Shown: positions 1-21,996 of the stretch, in pieces
Layout of the letters: the number at the start of each line of letters is the position of its first letter
Numbering within the stretch: the stretch's first letter is position 1
DNA from: Stegostoma tigrinum
Lineage: Eukaryota
NCBI RefSeq assembly: GCF_030684315.1
Contig: NC_081374.1
Coordinates: 13,752,837-13,816,836, forward strand
Direction of reading: 5' to 3'
Length of the DNA stretch: 64,000 bases
Program-made: the position numbers and the translations under genes
The notes under the pieces: generated by a model
Seen by the model: the letters and a program-made list of their open reading frames with translations, nothing else
The model's database searches: none
Told to the model about the DNA's origin: nothing

Positions 1-1425
1 CCTTGTGGGCTTTGTGGTCTCTAAAGTGGATCGATCTCAAAGCCCAGATGAGATATCTTTCAGGCCATTGAGAGTGGCAACAGAGGAGCTATGAGCTGCT
101 AGGGGCCAGGAAGGTTGCTAAAGTGCCCAATTATTTAAAAATTGAGGAAAGGAGAGACCAAGAAATTACAGGCCAGTCAATCTGACCTTGGGAAATTGTT
201 GGAAAAATGTATTAGGGCTGGACTATAGATGCACTTTACGGGAGATAGATTTTTCTGGGATGGTCAACACAGTCCTGTTAAGGGAATGTCATGTTTGACA
301 AAGTTGATCCATTTTTTGGGGAGGTTAACAAGTAGTGTTGCCAGAGAAATGGTCAATGTAGGCTTTAACAAGGCTTTTAAGTATGACCTTCAGAAAATGA
401 GATGCCATGGCAAAATGGTATGTTGCTTCCAAATTTGCCAAAGAGGTAAGCAGCAAAAGATAACAGTCGTGGGATGTTTCTGACAGTGTGTTCCTGCAGG
501 GCTCAGTGCTGTGTCCTAGCTCTTTGGGATGTAGATTAATTGACTTAAATGTAGGGGGCATGGTCAAGAAGTTCATAGATGACATAAAAATTGATGCACC
601 AGTAAATATGCTGCAAGAGGATATCAACAGATTAGTCACATGGGCAGCACAGTGACCACTGGAATTCAACACAGAAAAGTGAGAGATAATGAATCTGGGG
701 AGGACTAACAAGGCAAGGCTTAAACTAGGAATGGTAGGGCCCTGGAAAGTTCTGAGGATTAAAGGGACCTTGGTGTGCATATCTACATTTCCCTGAAAAT
801 AGCATATTAGATAGAAAAGGTGGTTTAGAAGGCATGTTATTAGCTGAGGCTTAGAATATAAGAGTGAGGAGACTTTGCCCAAACTGTATAAAATGCCACT
901 TAGAACTCAAATGAAGTATTACATGTTGTTCTGATCAACACATTAAAGGAAGTCCAAAGTTTCACTAGAAAGGGTGCAGAGGAAATTTACCAGGATGCTG
1001 CCCAGGTTGGAGAAGTCTGAGCTATGAGAAAAGATTGGATAGGCTGAGGTTGTTTTCCTTGGAGCAGTGAAGCCCATTGGGAAACCTGTTAAAGCTGAAT
1101 GAAACAATGACGAGCGTAGTTAGCATGGAAAGGAAGGCACTTTTTCCATTAATAGAAGGGTCAATAACCAAAGGTATGGATTTCAAGTAGAAGGGTGAAG
1201 GCTAAGTGGAGAGTTAAGGAGAATTTGTGGGTAGTGGGGAGTCTGAAATTCATTTCTTGAAAGAGACATTGAGCTCAAAACTTTTGGAACATTGAAACAA
1301 TATTTAGCAATTCAGTTGCATTGCCAGAGATGTGAGCCAAAAGCTTGGAAATGTGATGAGTGTGGTTAGATCTTTGACAGTGAAGATATAATGGGCTGAA
1401 TTCCTTCTGTCCCGTTAATGTCTTT
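1..1425 (+). mobile_element. Degenerate CR1-type LINE, ORF2 RT region and 3' end
   Basis: Decayed CR1 motifs (LKVD.S..PDEI, NYRPV.LT, PQGSVL.P, F.DD.KI) with many frameshifts. Confidence 0.85.
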
Positions 1426-1639
1426 GGGTTGATAATTGAACATTATTGACATTTTAGTTGTGTCATTACGAGAAAACTTTTAAGGCAGTTGGATGAAATC
1501 CAGACTTATGATGTTCCGGTAAAAAGATCCTTGTCTCAAATTCAGTAAATGCTACACAATGGAGTCAGTGCAGAGTGGAGCCAGTCTTTCTGGCAGTCAG
1601 TCAGTCAGCCACATGGATCGTTACTACACGCCATTGAAA

Positions 1640-2208
1640 TGTTAAAGGGTGAATATTTGTTCTGCTGACATGCAAGAAATTAGGTGCTAAATTGTGCCGT
1701 ACAAAACGTGTAACCTTATTATACTCTACTCTCTGTAAATGTTGACCTAAGGCTAAAAAGATGAGGAACTGTCTAGAACAGAGATTGAGAATTGAGGAAC
1801 TATCTAACTGAGCAGCTGACCTTTGCTTCACTGTTGCTAGGCATATGACTATTGCTTCTCTGTTGTTGGGCGTATGACTATTGCTTCCCTGTTGTTGGGC
1901 ATATGACTATTGCTTCTCTGTTGTTGGGCATATGACTATTGCTTCACTTTTGCTAGGCAGATGATGATGGGGATATAAAAAAGTTGTATCTTGCATATAT
2001 GACTGACTGTGATGTAAAATCCTATATAAAGGGAAGACGGTTCCCTTATCAGGGGACAGCACTGTGCAATACACCACATATAGCATGGAATTTGTAGAGT
2101 GATCCTCATTTGTAAGCGCTTACTTAAATAAATGTTACTGCAAGTTGTCTGTCTGCTGCTGCCATACATTTGTTTCAAGTGTATATGTTAGGTGAAAAGA
2201 ACTCAACA
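1640..2208 (+). mobile_element. Candidate solo LTR
   Basis: Starts TGTT and ends AACA; internal TATATAAA (~2023) and AATAAA (~2127); contains a tandem repeat; no clean TSD. Confidence 0.45.
1823..1959. repeat. 29-bp tandem repeat, about 4.7 copies (CTGTTGTTGGGCATATGACTATTGCTTCT)
   Basis: Directly visible contiguous units with few substitutions. Confidence 0.9.
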
Positions 2209-2949
2209 GGACACCATGAGGTGTGATATCAATAAGCATGGGATCCAGGCTATGTGTAAGTCTGAAATCTTGTAACGACATAAATACTTAGTGCTACCAA
2301 TAAACTGCAAGATATATGATTCTCAAGAATTAATCTTTGTAATATATTTCTAGGATTAACATATAGAGAACACAAAGATCATATCACATTGGCAGCTGTG
2401 TTTGATCCACAAAAGCACATCATACTGTAATGCTTGACTTGTATGAGCCTGCAGTTACTGCTTTAAATCAAAAATACTTTCCTTGAAGACTTTTTGCCTG
2501 TAGTCACAATGGGTAGGAGAAAGCCATTGCGTGTTTGATTTGAATAAGCATTCAAGTATGTCAAAGATTATTAGTTTGGATGGTTTTAATTATCATCAAG
2601 AATGCTTACGCTATTGGCATGATGTCAGTGGGGCTGCACATGCGCAGATGGATCACGGTGGTCATGTTTAATAGCAGTGACCATTTTCTCTTTTAGAAAA
2701 ACTCTCTGATTTGAGAATTCTAAACAAAAGCTCATCAGTACTTCAAGCAAGTTATGACATTTGGTTTTGTAACATATACCTGGTAGACTCCTTGGTATTT
2801 ATTTTCTTATGTATGTTGGTCATATATATTAATGGCCAAAAGTATTTTTTCCTTTTAACTAAAAAGAATGTTTTATTTAATAATTGCTATTCCCATTTGG
2901 TAAATCATGACATCATCCAAATTCCAAAGAGCTGCTGGCAGTTTAAGTG

Positions 2950-3930
2950 AATTGGTAACAAAATGCTAGATAAACATAGAGAGTGGAAGTGTAAGGTTAC
3001 TTACAACGGAGGAAAGAATTTAAAAAGCAGATTTTTTTAAAAGAAATGAAACTTGGAAATGTTGTTCAGAGAAATTTGGATGCATCTGTAGATAAAACAC
3101 AGAAAGTTAGCATGCTGATGCAGTAGGCAACTAGGAAGGCAAAGGCATGCTGACAATGATTGCAAGACAATTGGAGTACAAAAGCAATTCTTGCCACAAT
3201 TGAACAAGACAATGATGTTTGACAAATGTGATCCATTTTGTGAGGAGATAACCAGTAGTGTTGCTAAGGGGACTGCATATGATGTCGTCAATGTGGGCTT
3301 TAACAAGGCTTTTGATTAGGACCTTCAGAAAATGAGAGGCCATGGCAAAGTGATCTGTTGGATCCAAATTTGGCTAAGAGGCAAGAAGCAGAAGATAATG
3401 GTAAAAGAACACTGCGAGCAGCGTTAGTCTCTATATTTAAGGAACAATATACGTGCAGTACAATAGAAGTTCACTAGGTTAGTCCCTCCATTGAGAGTGT
3501 TGCCCTGATATAGCTGAGTAAACTGGGCCTGTATTCTCTCTTGTGCTTAGGAAAAGAGTTGATCTCATTGGAACATGCAAGATTCTGAAGGCACTTGCAG
3601 GGAGATTATTTCCTCTGACTGGGAAATTTAAAACACAGGGGCACAGCCTCATGAGAAGTCGTCAATCATTTAGGGATAAGATCAGGAGAAATTTCTTCGC
3701 CTAGAGGTTTGTGAATCTTTGGAATTCTCTCATTCAGAAGGTTATGGCTGTTAAATATTCAGCTAAGTGTGCAATAGTCAGATTTGTAGTCTCTGTGGAA
3801 ATCCAGAGATATTGAGAGAGGACAAAAAAGTCGAATTGAAGCCCAAAATCAATCACAATCATATTGAAAGGAGCAGTAAAGATCATGAACTGTATGGTGT
3901 GCCTTTCCTGTGTTTTTCATTCTTGTGTTC
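2950..3930 (+). mobile_element. CR1 LINE 3' fragment with an embedded RT-segment copy at ~3220-3400
   Basis: CR1 C-terminal signature (RRNFF..R.VNLWNSL) and 3' UTR. Confidence 0.75.
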
Positions 3931-4049
3931 TCAAGGAAGGTGAAGACTACACTCTGCAGTCTAGCTATTCAAATACTAACAATCTTTCAGGTAATCAAGC
4001 TAGAGTCAGGATGATTTTGGAACTTCACATTGGCATCTTATATGTGAAA

Positions 4050-4403
4050 TGGTGGTGGTGTAGTGGTAATGTCACTGAATTAGCAATCCAGAATCCCAGG
4101 CCAATGTTCTGAGGACATAGGTTTGAAGCTAACCAAGGCAGGTGTGAAACTTGAATACAGAAGAAAATCTGCAACTCAATTGCAACTACTGTCAATTATC
4201 ATAAAGGCCCATCTGGTTCACTATTTTTTAGTTGGGAAGAAAGTCTGCTGTCCTTACCCATTCTGGGCTACATGTGATTCACAGAGGTCTCCAACTTACT
4301 CTGCAATGTGGTTGGCTCTTGACTGCCCTCTGGGCATTTAGAGATGAGCAATATGTGCTAGCCTCGCCAGTGATGCCCACAATCTGTGAATGAATAAAAG
4401 AAA
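4050..4403 (+). mobile_element. tRNA-derived SINE, family B (tail shared with a LINE 3' end)
   Basis: tRNA-like head TGGTGTAGTGGTAATG, body CCCATCTGGTTCACTA, tail GAATGAATAAAA; at least 7 copies in the window. Confidence 0.8.
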
Positions 4404-4569
4404 ACATCATGTCTGGACCCATCACCATCTTCTGAAAGACACTCTCTCTTTCTGTCTCTCTGTCTCACTTGTTATTCCTAATTACTTGGTACTGGTGTAT
4501 CACTGCCTGGCAGAGGTTATATAATTAGGTGGTGCCAGCGGACTATAGGACAGTTAATGAGCTTGTACT

Positions 4570-5650
4570 TTTCCAGAAAGGTGACAGATATAAACCAGGG
4601 AATTACAGCCCAGTGAGTCTCACATCAATGGTAGGGAAAGGATTGGAGAAAATTCTGAAGGATAGAATTAATCTTCACATGGAGGGGTGAGATCTGTTCA
4701 GGGATAGACAGCATGGCTTTGTCAGAAGGAGGTCATGCCTAACAAATTTGATTTTTGAAGAGGTGACCAGGTCTGTCAAAAAAGTTGGTGCAGTTGCCAT
4801 GGATTTCAGCAAAGACTTTGACAAAGCCCCACATGGCAGTGTGATAAAGAAGGTAAAAGCACATGGGATCCTGGATAACTTGGCAAGTTGACTTAGTATT
4901 AAGAGGCACCGTGGTGTAGAAGGCTGTTTGTGTGACTGGAGCCTGGTGTCTGGGGGTGCCCACAGAGATCAGTGCTGTGTCCTTCACTGTTCGTGTGTAC
5001 GATACAGAAGGAAGTGTTTGAGGGATGGATGATAGGGTCATTTGTAAATTACACAAAGATTTGGCTGGATGGTTGACTCTGTCCATGACCCACAGCCTGG
5101 GCCTGTTAATGGCTACTTTAGCCAGGCCCAGGAGCAGACCTTCGACAAGATGTTTCAAGCTGCCCAATTCCTTCCGGACCGGATGTGCAAGGGTTGGGAG
5201 CTTGGAGCTGAAATACAAACAAAAGAACAATAACACATTACTTAAATTGGCAAACAGGAGATGATTCCTTCCACAGCCTGTATTAAATGTAGTTCAAGGA
5301 TAAACGATTAGGCTTAGAGTCCGTGAACCACCTTAAGCTCTGATTGTGTGGGACTGCTGTACACGACAGCCCAGGTCCCCAGTGGAAAGTAGGAGGATTC
5401 CCAAATAGAAAGATCTCCATTGGGGATCCCCATCACTATCAAGGCCACCATTGATAAGTTTTGGAGCAAAGTGCATGTAAGGCAAGACACAAAGAGGATT
5501 CTTAAAGGGCATGACAGAGCAAGAGCTGACAGGATCCTTTCCTTCATGGGGGAGTCTAGGACCGAAAGACATAATCTCAGAATTAAGGGGTGCCAATTTA
5601 AGACTGACATGAGGAGGAATTTCTTCTTTCAGAGGGTTGTGAGACAACAG
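4570..5650 (+). mobile_element. CR1 LINE fragments
   Basis: PGNYSPVSLTS, QHGFVRRRSCLTN, DFSKDFDKAPH, and a C-terminal RGHNLRIKG.. RRNFF motif. Confidence 0.8.
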
Positions 5651-6639
5651 AAGAATGAACCAATGTATAGATTCAATCAACTCCACCAACGATACAAAAA
5701 CTATGAATTCTTCAAGGTTGACATAACTTCAGTTGTGTGCATAAGAACTGCACACAACTCCTGTGCAATCACCATGTGGTGTGTTATCCATGGAGTGCCC
5801 TTGTTATATCTGGATTAAGGTGGTACTGGTGCACATCTCATTATATTTCTCTATACAGGCTCATTCCCCAAACTATGTTAAAACATCATGGGCTTCATTT
5901 TAAGAGAGGTCTAGCTAGATTATCATCAACATATCTATGCTCATATTGCAAGAAGAAATTCTCAGACAATTGTGTTCTATTTACTGCCAGCTGTCATTTT
6001 GCGGGAGATTTTATTGAAAAAAGAGTCAGTATCTATCACATTCATGTTGCTTTCAATTGTAGAAAACTCCCCTTTAAGGATATATCCATAGCACTTTAAG
6101 AACTATCAGATCATGCAGTTTTGCAGCTTGTGGTTAAATCAGCTTCTATATCCAGCTCTGGGTGGAATGTTTCTCTCCCCGAACAAACATAGGGCAAGAA
6201 CAAAAACAGCAGATTCTCAACATCGATAAAAATTCAGCCACCTCTACAGGCTCTGCACACTCCACTTTGGAGCGGATGAACACTTACAACTTGCATGTTC
6301 CTGCCAGGTCACTTGGCACACGGGCATTGGCAAACATTATATGCACCTTTTCAGCATGCTGACGTAGACACTTATTACATTAAGCTTAATTTCTTAGTAA
6401 TCACCGGTTTTCATGCTTAATTAGAGACCAACAACGTCTGTGTTATTTTTTAAGCACATAAGGCTTTCAGCATTAGGAGCCAGGCTGTTACCTGTATAGC
6501 TTAGCTTGCTTTTTACAATAGGGTAGGCAGGCAGCTTGTGGTAATCACTGAAAAGTCAATGAATCACTTCGGCAGCAGCAGACACGCCACTGTATGGCAC
6601 TGTGCTAAGACAACATCAAAGCTGCAGCATTTGTTAGCA

Positions 6640-6897
6640 TCTTACATGCCAAACACCACCAGATGCAAATTCCCCTCCAAGCCACTCAGAATCCTGAGTT
6701 GGAAATGTATCATTGTTCCTTTACTGTCACTGGGTAAAGATCTTGGAATTCTTTCCCTAATGGCATTGTGGCTCAACCTGAAGCACACGGACTGCAGTGG
6801 TTCAAGAAGGCAGCTCGCTACCAACTTCTCAAGGGATGGGCAATAAACGCTGGCTCAGCCAACGACGCCCATACACCATGAGTAGATTAATAAAAAA
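6640..6897 (+). mobile_element. LINE 3' end, candidate partner of SINE family B
   Basis: ORF2 C-terminal remnant and 3' tail GGGATGGGCAATAAA..GCTGG..ACGCCCA, the same type of tail as family-B SINEs. Confidence 0.65.
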
Positions 6898-7673
6898 GAC
6901 ACTGCATGTGCATCAAGCAAATGGTGATTTTAAAGCACACACACAGTTCCGAGGAAGGGTCACTGGATCCAAAATGTTAACTTTTTTTTCCTTCACAGAT
7001 GCTGCCAGACCTGCTGGGCTTTTCCAACAACTTCTGTTTTTGTTCCTAACTTTCAGAATTTGCAGTTCTTTTGGTTTTTATTTGGTGTTATTAAAGCCTT
7101 CAGAATAGCGAAGGGGGCCTACAGTCAATCTGGAGGTTCAACCAGAGCCAGTGAAGGGGCTTGTCTGACACTTAGTCCTATGCGAGTCCAGAGTTCAGAG
7201 TTCTTGCAGTCTGTGAGCTGGGCCACAATAAGTCCTGAAAGTCGAGTGCAAACTGACTGCAGACAACAGCTAGGTCAGTGGGTTATTGTTGATACATCAG
7301 TCTATGGTCAGTTGGGACTGTCCTGCTAAGTCAGTCCAGTGGGATGGTTTGAAGAATGAGAACGAAAATGAGTTAGTTGTGGGATTTTGGTCAATTATTA
7401 TCTTATGCTTGTCAGGCTTATCATTCCTCTCATGTGGCATCTGAAGTAGTGCATAGCTGGGCTTTAGATATAATGTCAGAGGTGGTGAAACCAGATGGTC
7501 TCGGTAGTAATGAGGACATCCACCTTACGCGTCATGAGAGTCCCTCAGCAATGTGCCCTAACTCTCAATTGCATAGTTAATGAGAAGAAAAGCAGAAGAC
7601 TGCTTGAGTAATTCCCCTAGGCCATGACAGAGCAAATGGGATGAATTTCACTGCCCAACACACTTTAATTGCA

Positions 7674-7848
7674 GAGATAACAAAGCGTGGAGCTGGATGA
7701 ACACAGTAGGCCAAGAAGCATCTTAGGGTCTAGGCCCGAAATGTCAGCTTTTGTGCTCCTAAGATGCTGCTTGGCCTGCTGTGTTCATCCAGCCTCACAC
7801 TTTGTTATCTTGGATTCTCCAGCATCTGCAGTTCCCATTATCTCTGAT
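7674..7848. mobile_element. Short Penelope-derived inverted (hairpin) insertion
   Basis: 15-bp TSD CACACTTTAATTGCA (7659-7673 and 7849-7863); arms match the Penelope terminus at 23640-23760. Confidence 0.85.
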
Positions 7849-8655
7849 CACACTTTAATTGCAAGTAGGCAAATTCCACCCTCTATGTGAGACCTGGAGT
7901 CTCTATTTCAATGAAGGAATGCATCCTGAGTTAAGTTTAGTTTGCGATTATGTTTGGCATGGACTGTTTGGACCGAAGGGTCTGTTTCCATACTGTATGA
8001 CTCTTTGATTCTTTGATTCTATAACATCATCTCCAATCTGGTGGAATCATAAAATTGATCATCTACTCCACAGTTTTGGCTCTATTTTTTTTAACATGTG
8101 AATTTCAAAACTCAGGAGTTGTTCAATATGTTATTTCTTCCTGTTTCTAATGTAACATTTCAATGCTTAAGACAAGAGGCAAAGAAAGGATTGCGTATTA
8201 CGTTTCATTGATTAACTGAGCAAGGTAAAGAGCTCAAGAATTAAGTAATATGGAAATTTGTAGAAAGCACATTATAGTAGTGTCACAAAGCTCAAAATTG
8301 TTGTTGAGTGCTTTAAATAGCTTTAAAAATCTTCGAGATCACTACCTTAAAGCAATAAACATGTTGAAAGCATTTGTACAAAAACCCATCGACATCACCA
8401 GCAGGTTACGAAAACAGTTGATTGTGTAACATTTACCCAGTTGCTTTTCAGCTGCCTTAATGAACCACTGCAGTCCATTTAGTGTAGGAACACACACACT
8501 GCCATTAGGGAGGGAATACCAGGATTTTGACCCATCGACACTGGAGGAATGGCAATATATTTCCAAGTGAAGATAGAGAGTGGCTTGGGAGGAACTTGCA
8601 TGTGGTGGTGTTTCCATATATCTGCTGCCCTCATCCTTCTAAATGGCAGTGGTCA

Positions 8656-9008
8656 AGAATCATAGAATTCCTACAGTGTGGAAGAAAACCATTCAGCCCA
8701 TCAAGTCCACAGTGACCATATGAAAAGCATCCCACCCAAACACACCCACCTACTCTATCCCTGCATTTCTCATGAATAATCCACCTACCCTGCACATCCC
8801 TGGACTCTATAGGGCCTTTTTAACATGCCCAAACCATCTAATTGCACATCTTTGGACAGTGGAAGGAAGGCGGAACATCTGGGGAAACCCACACAGACAC
8901 AGGGAGAATGTACAAACACCTACAGACAGTTGCCTGAAGCTGGAATCAAATCCAGGCCCCTGGCACTGTGAGGCAGTAGTGCTAACTACTGAGCCAGCGT
9001 GCCGCCCT
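8656..9008 (-). mobile_element. HE1/V-SINE-type tRNA SINE
   Basis: Reverse-complement head TGGTTAGCACT..CCTCACAGTGCCAGGG and V-domain-type body. Confidence 0.85.
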
Positions 9009-9059
9009 AGTTTGGAGTTTGAAAGTCTCTGTGTAAGGAGATTTGGTGAATTTCTTCAA

Positions 9060-9400
9060 TGCACCTCAGTAGTTAGCACTGCTGCCTCACAGTGCCAGGG
9101 ACCTGGGTTCGATTCCAGCCTCAGGCGACTGTCTGTGTGGAGTTTGCACATTCTCCCCGTGTCTGCGTGGGTTTCCCCCTGGTGCTCTGGTTTCCTCCCA
9201 CAGTCCAAAGATGGGCAGGCTAGGTAGACTGGCCATGCTAAATTGCCCATAGTACCCAGGGACGTTTAGGTTATGTGGGTTAGACATGGGGAGTCAGGGG
9301 TAGGATGATGAGCCTGGGTGGGATGCTGTTCGGAGGGGCGGTGTGGACGCGTTGGGCTGAATGTCCTGTTTGTACACTGTAGGGATTCTATGATTCTGTG
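9060..9400 (+). mobile_element. HE1/V-SINE-type tRNA SINE
   Basis: GTTAGCACTGCTGCCTCACAGTGCCAGGGACCTGGGTTCGATTCC (A/B boxes), CTATGATT-type tail. Confidence 0.85.
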
Positions 9401-9748
9401 ATTGTACACACTGCTGCTGCTGAGCATCAGTGATAAAGGGGCTTCACTGAACCTGTATTAAGTATTGTTTACCATGTCACCACATAGATAATGTTCAGAT
9501 ACGTTTCACATAGCAGGTTATGTTATCCATGTAAAATTATCCATAGCATCACAGTTAAAAATGCTGGCATTATTGAGCATTGGTAATATTCCGCTTCATG
9601 TTGAAAGTTCTGCCAATACATTCCTATGGTGACATCAACCCTTCATAAACCTTGCTTGTTTGTTCTCTTTTTACCCCTTTTTATCAGCAATTTAAGCCAA
9701 TCTAGAATTTCCATCCCATTAAAGTTGCTATCCATCAGCATTTTGGAA

Positions 9749-9990
9749 TCAGAGGTAGTAGGAACTGCAGATGCTGGAGAATCTGAGATAACAAGGTGTA
9801 GAGCTGGATGAACACAGCAGGCCAAACAGTATCAGAGGAGCAGGGAGGCTGACGTTTTGGGCCTAGACCCTTCACAAGAACACTATCAGTGTTCACAAGA
9901 AGGATCTAGGCCCGAAACCCCAGCCTTCCTGCTCCTCTGATACTGCTTGGCCTGCTGTGTTCATCCAGCTCTACACCTTGTTATCTCAGC
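9749..9990. mobile_element. Penelope-derived hairpin insertion
   Basis: ~90-bp inverted arms around a short spacer; degenerate TCAGCAT.TT flanking duplication. Confidence 0.8.
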
Positions 9991-10924
9991 ATCTTTGACA
10001 TTGGTTTGGATGATATTATACAATACACGTCTCAAGTGAATATTTTGAAAAGTGGAAGTAACATTAAATTATCTTTCAGATGCTGGCCAACTATATATTA
10101 CAAACATGATGTAACATAATAAATTTAATTGCACATTATGTCTCAAACTATGTTGGAAGACTCAAGGGTATGTCCACTAAAGTACAACCTATTCTGGAAA
10201 TGGGATCCAGTGTATTGAATAAATGGGAGCTTTGGGAATTGTTTGGATTTTGCAACTGTGGCCAGATCTGGACTTCATCAGTCCTGGGTCCAAATTTCAA
10301 GAGAGCATACATTCCTCATGTCGTCTGCATATTCCTTGCAAATTCGCAAATTTTGGATTGAGCTACTGGGAGCTTACATCATTACGAGTATGAAATCATT
10401 TGAGGCTCCCTCTGCGTGAAAGGGACAAGAGATGGAAGAAGTTGGAGTATATATTTCATAATTCTACTTTTTTGTAGGAACTATTACAATGTAGAGATTC
10501 CAGAGAATAAGAAAATGCCACTGAGTGATGTTGGTAACATATTCACAGCTAGTCAGGCCTCACTGCAGAGGGTATTCGCCTTGAGCAGAAATATGTTAGT
10601 CTCTGGAGTGAATCACTGCTCTGGGAATACTTCAAAGCTGATTGTCAGAATCAAGAAAGAATGAAAGTGTAATGCAATCAAACAGTATGTTAAGACTGAG
10701 TAGTGATTTATTTATTTGTTATTTCCATATTCATTATTTTTGTTTATAATTCAGTGCAGAGCATTGAGCATTAGCCCCAGCAAAGTAGCCAATAGTATAT
10801 CTTGGTTTGTAAAGGTTCATCTATTCATTGGCGATATCACTGGACCAGCAATCGTGAGGCCCAGATTAACATTGCAGAGACATGTGCTCATGTCCACAAA
10901 AGTAGTAGATGTTTTTTCCTTTAA

Positions 10925-11172
10925 ACCTGGAATTGAAAACTAGTATTTGTAATGGTCACCATTAAACAATTATTGTTGATTATAAAAATGTGTCTGGTTC
11001 ACTAATGGCGTTCAGGGGATGGAATTTACCATCCTTACTGGATCTGACCTACATGTGACTCCAGATCTTTGGCAAAATAGTTGGTTCTTAACACTTCTCA
11101 AGGGCAATTATAGATGGACAACGAATGCTGGCTTTAGCAGTGATGCCTGCAGCCTAAGAGCAAACAAAAACA
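10925..11172 (+). mobile_element. SINE family B, 5'-truncated, just 3' of the gene 1 stop codon
   Basis: TCTGGTTCACTAATG...CTACATGTGACTCCAGA body. Confidence 0.75.
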
Positions 11173-11281
11173 ATTGCAGCTTGATGACAGCTGTTGCACT
11201 GAGAAATCATGCGATGGATTAACATCAACTCAAAATTACAAATTAGAATCTGGTTTCATTGACAATATAAATGTCAAAAAA

Positions 11282-21521
<10,240 letters not shown>

Positions 21522-21583
21522 CTTGGAGATGGGTTGGTTCAGAGATTCATCAGAATCTGAAGTGTTGAGTCTGAGCAGCAACA

Positions 21584-21589
21584 TTTATA
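21584..21589 (-). promoter_or_regulatory. TATA box of gene 1
   Basis: TATAAA about 63 nt upstream of the ATG, preceded by the AATGGAA motif shared with the other two paralogs. Confidence 0.75.
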
Positions 21590-21968
21590 CTCACTGTAAT
21601 CAAACCTTTCCATTATCACAAGGACTCAGACACAATTGTTTAAAATAAATATTAATGTTCTCTTGATTAGTTTATCTCAAACTTAATCTGTTTAAGTAAG
21701 GATACTTTTTTTTACTTAAGTGGCATTCAGTTGAGTATATTTGAATTAAAATGAAACATATTCATTGTTGTAACATTAAACATTACCTTTACGGCCAATA
21801 AAGCCATCAGAAATATATTAACAAATCAGACTGATAAGCAGTGTCATGAGACATACAAAATAATTAAGTCACAAATACATCAGAAACTAACTGTTTCACT
21901 GCTGGATAATAAAATGTGAGGCTGGATGAACGCAGCAGGCCCAGCAGCAGCTCAGGAGCACAAAAGCT

Positions 21969-21996
21969 GACGTTTCGGGCCTAGACCCTTCATCAG
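21969..21996 (-). ncRNA. Minimal hammerhead ribozyme core (Penelope type)
   Basis: CUGAUGA-A-GGGU(CUAG)GCCC-GAAA-CG-UC on the minus strand. Confidence 0.65.

Noticed and set aside
325-882. 185-aa minus-strand ORF
   Set aside because: Antisense to a decayed CR1 RT; not a gene
1823-1959. 29-bp repeats as a CRISPR array
   Set aside because: Units are contiguous with no unique spacers, the context is eukaryotic, and there are no cas genes
5731-5759. 11-bp inverted repeat AGTTGTGTGCA/TGCACACAACT
   Set aside because: Isolated short hairpin with no supporting context; plausible by chance in 64 kb
9060-9135. tRNA-like A/B box sequences as tRNA genes
   Set aside because: They are the heads of multi-copy SINEs and continue into SINE bodies
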